From assembly GCA_000934665.2 (NCBI GenBank), contig JYFJ02000615.1, forward strand, positions 62,001 to 119,905: a stretch of DNA of 57,905 nucleotides, in the 5' to 3' direction. This DNA is from Catajapyx aquilonaris. Its lineage: Eukaryota. Below the pieces are notes generated by a model. It worked only from the letters and a program-made list of their open reading frames with translations, was not told the origin of the DNA and made no database searches. The position numbers were made by a program, and so were the translations under genes. Shown here one piece after another: positions 38,813 through 50,277 of the stretch. Positions within the stretch are counted from its first letter, which is position 1. Each line of letters opens with the position of its first letter.

Positions 38813-40539
38813 CGCAATTTATTGCTCCTTTCTTCCTCTTGGAAGGGACGGACTATTTACATAATTATGTTATATTCAGGCAAAGGATTTTGGCAGATGG
38901 ATTGGCCAATTTTGGCCCAGTCTGTTGACTGTAGGGCGTTAACCAGCAACGATAGTACAAAATGGCGGATGGCAGAAGGACTAGAGCCCTTGGAAATGAC
39001 TCTGGAATTACCCACCCTCGCCCGGCCGTCTCTCGTTACACTATACAGAGGGCATAAAAGCGATAAGACGACATTATCGGCAAGGGCCGAGGGCCCGTAA
39101 GTACTAATGAGATATATCCATGCTGAAAAGCGAACCAAGTGCTGCCCTCCCCATTCTGAAGCTTTGTTGTAGTTGCACGAGGGGGGGAAAAAAAGGCTTG
39201 GCTTTTCACTCCTTTGCCACTTCTAATCTTCCCCCGGAATTTAATTATCTTCCAAGTTTCCACACTGCCCCGCAGAGATTTCGAGGAAAGGTTGGGGAAA
39301 GAGCGGCCAGTAAATTTTCCGAGCGGTGTTTCCGGAGAAATTGGCAACGTTGCATCATCCACACTCAATCAACCCAAAAAAGTTGGTCTGCGATTTATAG
39401 TCGGATGGGGGTCATAATTTACATCTTCGGGCTTTGCTATAAACACGGAAGGACGCTTCCTGATTTATATTTAAAAACGACTTTGCTGACAACTCTTATC
39501 GACGAAGAAATACTGCTGGGTTCATAGGAAGATTTGGCAAAATTCTTGCCCAGTTAGTTCCAGATTGCGCCCATGTAAACACTAACCAATCTATGACACG
39601 AAAACATGCGAATTTTTCCAGATTGGCGATAACCAGCTGCGTGCTCATCTCGAGTGTTGGCACTGACATTTCCGTGACCTCCTTGTGACAGTCAGGTACG
39701 AGGTCAGGTGTTTGGTGCGTGACCAAATCACGCTTCACGGACCAGGTTTGTTTAGCCAACATCCTGAGAGTCAATCTACCAAATCTGTAAGCTGCCAAGT
39801 GAGCACGAAAACAGTGGGGAAACCCTCCCCTTTTCTCCTAAAAAAATAACGGATTAATAGTCATGCCAGGTTATTGGTGGGGTGACCTATGCATGGTTCT
39901 ATTATTTCATGGCAATTACCACGATATTGCGGGTATGGTCCTGTCCGGTTGCGAGACTATTATTCGAGGCTTAAGGAGGGTAAAAAGCCACACACACGCC
40001 CACGCCCTTTATCGCCCTTCCTACCCCCCCCCCCCCCNTTTTTTGTATATATAAACCCCCTCCCTATAATTGGACGTTGGACGTCAAGAAGTCATCAATC
40101 ACACTTTCCAAGGATCATAGAATTATAAATGGGGGTAATCCGAGCACGGATTTGTCGCTTTGTAACGGATCACCGCAAGGCTCGGAGCGTGAATTGCTTA
40201 AACAAGTGCCTTTGATGGAAATGGCATGTTTTGCTCTCCCCTATAGCCAGGTTTTCTTATCCATCATTTACATTCGCACGTGCAAAAACCACAATCGGGG
40301 GCAGATTACATCATTGAAATCGCACTGTAATTATCACGGCTGGACGTAGCAAAATCACTGGGTTGGAGAGAGTTAATTCCCTTGTATCTTGCTAAGTGAA
40401 CTAGGGTGATAGCAGACGGGCACGAACCGGAACATTCCGGAGAGATCAGACGAAATTGGCCCACTTTGCAGGAAAACACGCTGTAAGAATATTTTAAAAC
40501 CAGAAATAAATTCGCACTTTTAAACCCACTTTACTTTAT

Positions 40540-40828
40540 ACTAGAATAACCCTCGCTATGCTCGCATTTTTCTAGGCCTGCGGTGGTGGAGGACATAATA
40601 AATTTCTCTACCAAAGGACATCATAGAATGCACTGTACTTCTGCAACCTCCCACTTTTCAAGTTTCCATGGAAATGACCTCAACAATATAAGTCAACAGC
40701 GTCAACAAAAGGACACTGTTTACTCATATTGTGTGAAGGGGCCAATCGGAAGCGTCGCGGTAACAATATGCGGCGGACCAATCAGAAGGCTTATACAAAC
40801 AAGGAAGGATTTTAATGTTATATAAGAC
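40540..40828 (+). mobile_element. Non-autonomous Helitron/Helentron-like repeat, family H, longest copy
   Basis: Starts ACTAGAATAACCCTCGCTATGCTCGCATTTTT...GGCCTGCGGT (shared with 9936). Ends GGCCAATCGGAAGCGTCGCGGTAACAA...CCAATCAGAAGGC...TTTTAATGTTATATAAGAC (shared with 1719, 9936 and 57810). No TIR or TSD seen; the class is inferred from the termini. Confidence 0.55.
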
Positions 40829-43109
40829 TGTCTTAATGTAATGTACGTCACATATTATTCCCAAGTGCAGCCTGAATAAACTTTGTTCCATGTTCAGTAG
40901 CTGCAATGAAACAATTAGGACGGGTTTTTTTCGTTACGATAGCCTACTTTGCACACATAAATTGCAAACAGTTTGTTTATTCATGCCGCACTTATGCCTT
41001 CAAACTCTAAACGTGGCCTATTTAAGCTCTGATTCAGCACTTTTTTTTTCGGGTTCTGTAAAACGTAGGTGCATCATAAAACATGTTTGCGCGCCCAACA
41101 GGTTTTTGAAAAAATATTTATTCCTCCTGCCAGATGGTAAATATTTGCCCCGCCAATGTACCTAACCAGCGGTTTTTTTTTTCCATAATCAAAAATGCTT
41201 GGGCGGTGCGTGCCCTAATAATTGCCTGTATATTTTTTGCAGCCAATGCAATGTACACACGCAGTATCGTAGTGTAACGAAACCACGTTTTTTCCTGTCG
41301 TGAACACAAAGACATTTGTCATGCCCGAAAAACAATACAGAATACAAGTGAACAAACCTCTGCATTGGTGGAACCCGTTTCAATGCGAAATTAGTTTTAA
41401 ATTAAACAAACGTGCTGATTGACACCACTATGAAAATCAAATTTGAAGCATTTTGTATTCACCATCACTCTACACGATGTGCCAACCAAAACAACATAAT
41501 CCCCTTGTTCTAGAAAAAAAAGATACATTTTTTTTTCATTCACCTCTCTCTGCAAATCAACTACATGTTTGGATTAAAAAGGCAAAATCTGCCCGATTTG
41601 TCATTGTCATTGATGCTGGATGGGGTATAAACACAACGACAACCAACAAATGAAATGGGTTTCAAAAATGGCTATTATATATACCGAAGGATTAAATGCG
41701 TGTTAAAATTTTTACATCCAATGGGCATGGTAAAACCCCACTGGTGTCAGTCCCAAACACTGTTAGACGAAGTTTATATCAAGTTTCCTGAAAAGCAACA
41801 ATATTCAATGCAAGTGAATAATGCAGCCGTGATGTGGTTGAGACTATGTTAAATAATTCATAACTTAGTCTCTAGTTTGTATACTTGGCATTGTACTACA
41901 GTGTCTAAAGAAGAAGTCTGTAAAAATGCACGCCAAAGTTTAAATAAACGGATTGTGTTGAATGCGTAAAATTTTTGAACACTTTGTATAGATTGCAGCA
42001 TTTAATAGGCGTCATATGATCCAGTTACGTCCGCAATGATGGCATTTATCACATTTGCGGGCAGATATTAATACATGTAAAATGCGCAATGAATTTGGTT
42101 GACAAAGTAAATCCTTCAGGCGCAACACGGAACTGACGACCAGTTAATATCTATTCAGCCAGCAATAATAATCCTCCACTTTTCAGGGAATTATTAAAAT
42201 ATTGGAATTGTAAGTTATTGTTGCCATTGTGGATTTAACTTCTCCCGCATCATACTCTTTGCCAACAATTAACGTAATTCGCACAAATTTTTTGAAACTC
42301 CCATTTTCATTTAATTTTTGCAGCTCATGTTGGGCCAAAGTTACCTGCCCGCTATTTTATTTTATTTTTTTTAAAGTCGGCGGTGGTGGCAAAACTCCAC
42401 TGGCTCCTTTATGTATAGTAGTGGGGGTTAAATGTAATCAAAAGAGGTGAGCCATGGCGGTTGTACGAGGTCGAGCCATTTGTCCGCTGGACTCCGCACC
42501 AACGAAATTGTTCCCAGGCAGGGAAAAGGGGGGGGGGGGGGTTTCCTAAGTGGCTGGGCCTGTTTTAATTCGAGTCCAGCCCCGGAATAGGATTAAGTCT
42601 GGAGGAGGGAAGGGAGGCCATGATTAGCATACCAATGGACCTTTATACAGCTTTCCACTCTTGTTAACGTCGTTTGCTCCTCCACACATCGACCTCACCA
42701 TATATATAAGACGTGCTTCTCCAGAAAAATAAAACTGTGTACACAGAACATCTTTTTTTATGTACAGGTAACTGTTTGCACACGCAAGTTGCGAAATAAA
42801 CGCGGCATGTCCTGGTTGTATTATTTTCCCATGGCCGCCAACTTCAGCGCGATAATGGAAAGTAATGCCTTTATGAGTAGCATGGGAATGTGCCGGGGGA
42901 AGCCTACGGCAAAAATTTAGCACCCCATGCGCACTTTACTACCCGTATTTCAATAATGCCGCACGGAAATTGCACTCAGCCCCTCCCGTATATATATATA
43001 CACACAAAATGCGACCAACTTGCGAGTAGATAGTTCCGTATTGCAGTTTCTATTCAAGAAAGTTCAGCTACTTTTTTTTATACGCCAGGCTGAATATTTC
43101 ATTCGTTTC

Positions 43110-43875
43110 GGGTTTCCAACAGTTGGGAGAAAAATCGCTGTTGCAATAATGGCGACAGGTCCTGCTCTTAATTATGCAAAATCAAGTGGCAAGCCCTCCT
43201 GCTGATATCGCACGGAGAAGTAGATAAATTGCTCACATGCAACATGTAAAACGCGACACGATACGCTTCCCCTTTAAAACTTTCAACTTCCAACAACAAC
43301 AAAAATTGAGATGAAAATACACGATAATGTATGTTATAAATTAAAATCTTACATACATAAAGCAGAAAGTTTCTCTTTTTGTATGTCCGGGCTACAGAAC
43401 TCACTTTCAGACTACTGAGAGTAATGACACTTGGCACTGATGTCTTAAGTGCCTCTGATTGAGGGAAAAGTCCCAAAATTGCACTTTTTAACCAGTTTTT
43501 TAACGTCAAAATACCCTAAATTTGGTACTTTAAAGTATTCCATATATGAAGCAATAATCAATTTGAATAATATTATGTAATATTCACACCAAACTCGTGC
43601 AGTTGGTACATTTCATTTCAATAATTCTTTCTAATTTGTCATATGCAACAACAGCTAGACAACAGCAATAATAATGTAATATTTTATTTGCTTGGTATGG
43701 CTTCAAGCTGTTGTGCAAAAATTATTGAAGTTGCAATAATTACGACAGGTCCGGCTCTTAATTATGCAAAATTACTCCTAGGGCTCCAGTGTGATATCGC
43801 ACGGAAAAGTTTGAAAAATCGGTCGCATGCAACATGTAAAACCCGACACGATACGAACCCCACCTTAAACACTTC
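43110..43875 (+). repeat. Pair of about 170-bp diverged direct repeats 590 bp apart
   Basis: GTTGCAATAAT..CGACAGGTCC.GCTCTTAATTATGCAAAAT...TGATATCGCACGGA...CATGCAACATGTAAAAC.CGACACGATACG, starting at 43140 and 43730. Confidence 0.85.
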
Positions 43876-44417
43876 CGAGCGCCACGTCATAATTTAAGGA
43901 AAAAAAAATCGCAAAAACTTTTTAGCGTACTCTGATAATATGCAAACAGCCGGTTATGATAACGCTGCCAGTTTGTGCTCTAATTCCAGTAATCCGGGTA
44001 CAATTTCTTCGATTGATTCCACCCCTTCGAGACATCAGAAGTAACAACAAAAATTGCATGTGCCATTTTTTTTCCTCTTCTATATGAAAGATCTGTTGTC
44101 CTGAGCAGGAAGCGCGATCGGACCCATGATAGCATAATGTGCGTATCGCGTGTGCCGATGAGTTTGTTCTCTTCGCAATGCGTTCAGAGACCACGATTTA
44201 GATCGGACCATGATAAAAAGACCCAAGTTTCCAAACAGAAATGAAGGGAGGACGGAAAAAAAATCCAGGCACGACTTCCCAGCGCCTATTAATTATTCGC
44301 AAGTGGATAGAAAATTGCAAGGCACTATTGGATGCGACCTACATACACAGGTTAGTCGTGTCTATTAGCACAGATAAGACGTGCGGAACGCTACGGGAAA
44401 AACAGCATGTGTAAATA

Positions 44418-44561
44418 GCTGTTGCGATAAGAAGAAAGTGTTTTCTTGGCGACAAGCTAACACTGAAACCTCAGCATTGCAAAAAAAAATATTTTATGAA
44501 TTTTTAGCACATGCTTTTGCGATAACAATAAAGTGCTTTCTTAACGATAACCTAACACTGA
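44418..44561 (+). repeat. 49-bp direct repeat, copies 95 bp apart
   Basis: 44418-44466 and 44513-44561 match at 41 of 49 positions without gaps. Confidence 0.8.
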
Positions 44562-47500
44562 TCAACATTACAAATAAATTTATTATATATTTTTTAAGCC
44601 TCTAACTCATCCTGATATATTTTTTCATATACCCTTCTTTCCCAACCTTTCCAATCCTAAAAATGATTTCCTCTCCCGGTGAGACCCCGCCAACATTTTG
44701 CACATTAGGGGCCCTTCCCCGAGCCAATCTCGGAGCCAGGAACGGCGGAGGCCCACATAATTTTTCACTCAAATTAAGATTACATTGACAGGTCGGTAAA
44801 CGCCGCGCGTGTCCGAAAAATAAAGCCCGGATCCCGTGAGAACCCTCGCTTGCCGTGTCCTGTCACTATATCCCTTCCCAACAAGTCCTCAAAAAATCCT
44901 TCTGTGCACGTCAAATAATATACCTAGACCAATCAGCTTTTTATCCCAGCAGAGTATACCTTGCATGGCAGACCGTGTTAATTTCAAACCCCCCCTTGCC
45001 TCTCCCGAAAGAGCATTAATTATTGTTGAATGTGGGACGCCATCTTGGGGGGTACGTGAATCAGAAGAGTGATTGCGTCATACAAATGGTCGGCTTGGGT
45101 GCTTAATATTTATTAATTCGTGAAAAAGTGGGCACCCGCTTCATTACGCACTTGATTTACTTGCCCATATATTTTTTTTTTGCTTGGGGGGGAAGCAGGT
45201 AATCTCTTAATTTAGAGCGATAAATAATCGCAAAGAGTGAGGGGGAAAAGAATATGAAGTGTGATTACGAGCCCGGATGTTTATCTAAGGCTTACAGCTA
45301 TGGGTGCTGTTATTAACGCCTCATTTTTTCAGGGTTAAAATCAGTGTAATTTTTTGCAATTTTTTTATCACTGGTTTGCCCCAACTGAATATTTTTTAGA
45401 GCACGAGTTAGACAATTTGGCAACTGTGCAAATATAGTGCCCTGGGTGGTCATTACCTTTAACTCTCCACCTTTCCGATTAAAACCCAGAGAGTCTGAAA
45501 TCCCTGCCTTATGTCCACCGAGGTCCTCACCTCCCTTCCGAAAATTTGCATAATCAAAACCCATTCCGAGTGGGGGCGGTCATCACGTGTGTCCAGTAGC
45601 CAGAGGAAACTCCCTGAAGGCATTCTCTCCCTTGACTGATAAGGTCGTAACATCAACTGTCCCAAATGCTAATTAAACCCTGGGACCCTACTGCATATCA
45701 CCTCGCCTCGTAATCAACACGCGTCTGCTTTTCAGGAGGGGTCGCCCGGAAAAGCCAATCCGGAGGTTCCGCAAATTTAGACAGAGGCCTTATATACACC
45801 TTTACAGCTTGACTTCATCAACTTCAATTCATCGCATGCAGCCCCAGAGGCTCCAGAGTCCATCTGACTTGAGGTGCTCCTCAGCATTTGATTAGCATTG
45901 TTTCTGACATTCATGAATAATATCCGGTGTTCATATATTATATAATCCAAACAAGAAACGAATATTGTTGGACCGTGCAATGAACACAAGAGAGTCTTGA
46001 TTACGCTACAGATTTTTACGAGTATGTTGTTCATTTTTTTCCCCCAGGTTTTTTTTTAATTAACTGGTTCTTGCATCCGTATGTGCCTCGTTTCTTGTTC
46101 AATATCCCAGCCGATTTATGACCTCCATCCGTACGTGCGCAATATGAGCGCCTGATTTACCCGATGAAACATTTTTTTGGGTGCGTGTTCCAAGGATCAA
46201 AGAGTTCCACCTGGTTACGAGGCTATTCAAGCTCGATGGATCACAGGTTTCATTGAATTTCATGTCCGGAAGGTTCCGGACGGGGTCCCCCGGAATTAAA
46301 GTTGCAGCGACAGTATAGCGAAACTTATGCATATTTGCTGTCCTTGCTCCAATCCAAAAAAAAGAGAGAGAGAGAGAGAAATGATTTGTGCAGATTGCGT
46401 GATCCAGCCATGAAAATTAACATGGGGGATGAAATAAAGCGTGTCGAAAAGTGCCATCCATGCGAAATTAGATATGAATTTTGGAAAGGGGCACCAAAAA
46501 AAAACCATCGCTAACCAGGGATGGCAGTTATGGTACGAATTAATGAACTGTGCAATTGGGTAGTTAACCTCCATTCCTGGTGTACTTGTATCCAAGGACA
46601 TCGTTTTATCACTTATTAAACCAGATTACGACCATATTCCCTCCCCATTTTATTATTTAGTTACCGTTTCCCTAATTGATCCCGCGGTTCTCTAATCACC
46701 TCCAGCGGTCAATTTAATGCCAGCTTATTTTTTTTTTTACTGGCTGGAAAAGAGGGTGACACTTTAGGAAACACCTTGTCACACGCTCGAGCTGTTTCCA
46801 TCCGCTTCTCTGTTTAGCTGGGAAAAACCTTGAGGGAGCCGCACGGCTCATGACCTAAGTTAAGAGAGAAGAATACGCGACGTCTGTGCTGCTGCCTCAG
46901 GGACTGGGTTAAATTATTCATCTCGGCATGTCGCTCATGAAGGCGCCCTTCTTGTCAACCCAACCCTTCAAGCCTTTGGGACTGTACAGCAGACGTCTTT
47001 TGTCTGCATGCATGTCGCTCAACAATTAAAAAAGGGGGAAAAAGAAAACCGTCTCGGAGACTGCGGCAGAGAAATTCAGGTTGCCTACAGGGTGGATCGT
47101 TCATACATATCTGATGTGGTTATGACTGTGAGAAGGCTATCCAATAAGAGTTACACTTTTATTCTCGACGCAACAATGACAGGAGTCCACACTAATGCGT
47201 CACTTTTTGAAAGGAAGAAGGGGGCTTAGTCATTTTAGGATAAATGGGTGGAGATGCCAAAGGGGTTACTTTCAATTTGGTGATGAATAGCTCGGACGTC
47301 GGCTGCCTCCCTGCCACTTGAAAACACCGAACAAAGAAAAGGCTTCAAGGCCCTACCCTCCCTATATATATATACCATTTTCTAGCTCTCTTCAAGTGCC
47401 ATCAAAGGACATTTCTTTACACCCAGCTTTTGAAATATATATTGTGACGTCTCATTACTATTGGAGCACGACTCGGGGAAAAACAACAATCGATCCCACG

Positions 47501-50135
47501 TTTCAGGCTCTCCCGAAGCATAAAGAGGGAGGGAACAAGGGATTTTAAAAAAGAAGGAAGGGAGAAAGAGAAAGGTGAGAAAAAAAACACATGCAAAATT
47601 ATTGAAGGGAGTCACTTAACCGCCTTGTGTGAAGAAGATGTAAGGCTACACTGTAATCGGCGAAAGTGCTCATTTCAGCCAGCCCATAATACTTGTCAAG
47701 TTATTAAGTTGTCATGTGACAAGATTAATTTGTTCCGACCCACCTTGCCAATAAAAGTGTCTGTTTTAGGTTAAAATAAAGAGTTAAATCGCGTTTTTAA
47801 AAACCAAAACAACCTCTGCATGAATAATAGCGGTTACATAATATTTATAGCACAAACGTTGGAAAAGGCAACAATGACTCAATTATGTCAACAATAGCAG
47901 TAAAATGCTTGTGACGTCAGCTGAATTATATATTATAATGTAAACACGCCCGCATTGTTTCCCAACTATATGAGACCGCGTTTTACCTGTAATGCTTTTT
48001 GTATGTTATACTGTATGTACACAGTAATGCCAACTCCATACAATATGCAAACATAAAGCGTCCTTCAGCAGAATGCTCGCAACATTGTAAATGCCACCTT
48101 CTTTGCCATCTATTTACCTCCATGCACGTAATCAAAATTGTATACGAAAGTCCCTTCAAATGCTACACGAGTTGTGAATCTCCTCATTAATAATTATTAA
48201 CTGTAAAAATTTATTTAATCTCGGAAGAACCTCCAAAAGCTCATGTCTATAAAGTTTATGGAAGAGATTAGAGATCAGCATATTGTTACAAGCTACAGTA
48301 TGTTCAACCAGGTTAAAAGTTTGCAAATTCATACAGCTGGTTTGCCCGCACCTTTTTATGTGCACTTGAAGTACAAAGACCGTACATGAATCATAAAATT
48401 AACTGAGAACATGTCACATAAATGTTCATTCTTGCATGAAAGTTATATGCGAAGGGCAGTTGTATAGGAGTAATCCGAGAGTACTCTAATGCACGTTGTC
48501 ATATTATTGAACAACACGGTTCAACAACTCCTTTTAAGTCCCTTTCCCTCTTGGTCTAGCCATTGTCCACCCCTCTGTCCACCCCTGCAGACCAATAGAA
48601 AAAAACAGACTAAAAAAAGAGAGAGACAAGCCTATACTCGATTGGTTGCCAAAAAAAGCTTTTTTCTCCGGACGCTTGGCTCGTGTCATCAGGCCAATAT
48701 TATTCGATCTGATCGGCTGGAGAGATGAACCGACCAACCGAGAGAGAGAGAGAAAAAGAGGAAGCAAACCAGGATTTCATCAAGGCCCCTCTTTTCGAAG
48801 AGGAAATTACGCGTTTGGACCCCAACACAGAGAGATAATCCGCTCCTTTTTGCCCTTTTGGGACACCGGACTCCTAAGGGACATCCTGCCTCACAAGGGC
48901 TGGAGGATGCCTTTTGTCAAAGTCGTGCCAAAGTGTCCCATTCGTGTCCGGACTTGAACACAATGGAGAGGACCACTCGGGGGACCTTACCCCCCCCCCA
49001 GAAAAGGCTTTCGACAAACACTGCACAAAAATTTAACAGAAATAAAAATAATGAGCTTGTCAAGGGTGGAGACATAAAAATGACAATTTTTGGGAGCCTC
49101 TTCCTTCCGCTTCCTTCCCGGATATTGAGATTGGATGTTTCTCCGGGTTTAAGGCGATGGGAAATGCGGGGCGTTTGTTCCCAAAGGAGCAGCCGCTTTT
49201 CAGCATTAAGGGCAGGTGGCAAGGACTGAAGTAGCAGGTGGAAATTGACAAAAGGGCACTGGCGACACCGCTACTTCAAGGGAAATTGAATTTGGTTGGA
49301 GAGACAAAACGTAATCTCGACTTATATACGAAGAGTTGTTGCGCGTTTTACGTCTGCAAAATTTATTCCCAGAGGAAACAATCACTGCAATTTTTGTGTG
49401 TGCTGGGGGTCTGTAATTATGTCCCTTCCAAAAAAAAAACCTCGTGACAATTCCCAGGGCGGGTTACGTGATGTCCAAAATTGCAGAGGAAAATGCTTCA
49501 ATTGAATGGCGTGGTTGGGGGAATAAATCAATGTGTCTTGGCAGCGCCGCTTGGGATTTGTCTGGCCCCGCTGTTGGTATTCACGATATGCGCGAATTCA
49601 TCATTGGCTCCCGAGGTCGGACAACATGACAGCGCATATTTTTATCGGCCAGGATTTTGCCCAGTCCAAAACTGCCTGGTGCAGACACCCCAGCCCATCC
49701 TACTTTTTTTGTGTGCACATATAACTGCGATATATCGCTTCTCAGATCGATAATAATCAACATACCTAATCGGCTTATTATTTCTTTCCGTTTGTTTGTC
49801 TGTGTTTCTACTATCTCTCGCACCACTTGAGAGTGGCAGGAGTGTGCGTGAAGAAGAGTCAAATATTTTGTCTTCATTAAATTGTTCTAATTGCTTCATA
49901 TTATTATAGTGTTGCCAAATTTTGCCAACGGCTTCACTACTACAGTAATATACAAAATTGCCTAGGAGAGACTGTTCACGGTGACTCATCACCAACGTGC
50001 ATGTAGTTCTACTTTTCCCCGTAGTGTGGCAGGAGTGTGCCGAGAGGGGAGCGCCACATCTGCTAGTGGCGTTTCTAACTACGTCCTAATGGGGACACAC
50101 AGTGTTGCCATGTATTGAATAATTAAAATACTTAC

Positions 50136-50277
50136 TCGTTGACGACGAGGAACTTGTCGCCATCGGACTCGATGCACCTGCCCTTAGGTGTAATGCGATC
50201 GCCCTGTATGACGATCGGTTGCCGGACACCGGATTGGAACCAGCTGCCTTCCCAACGCGTTGGGAAGCTGCACACTC
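50136..50277 (-). CDS. Coding exon A (first visible) of a Cys-rich extracellular-type protein, DUF7044/DUF7042/DUF7043-like family
   Basis: Minus strand: tttcag|GA GTG TGC ... AAC GA|gtaag; 142 nt, phase 1 to 2. Encodes VCSFPTRWEGSWFQSGVRQPIVIQGDRITPKGRCIESDGDKFLVVN. The CxFPxxWxGxWF motif is recalled as typical of the family N-terminal domain. Confidence 0.9.

Noticed and set aside
38503..38817. Hydrophobic 104-aa ORF resembling a membrane protein
   Set aside because: It is the translation of the T-rich strand of a low-complexity tract.
40024..40043. Poly-C run containing an N at 40038, and the many poly-G/poly-C tracts (possible G-quadruplexes)
   Set aside because: Such runs are ubiquitous in this window and their lengths are unreliable in assembly; no locus-specific signal.
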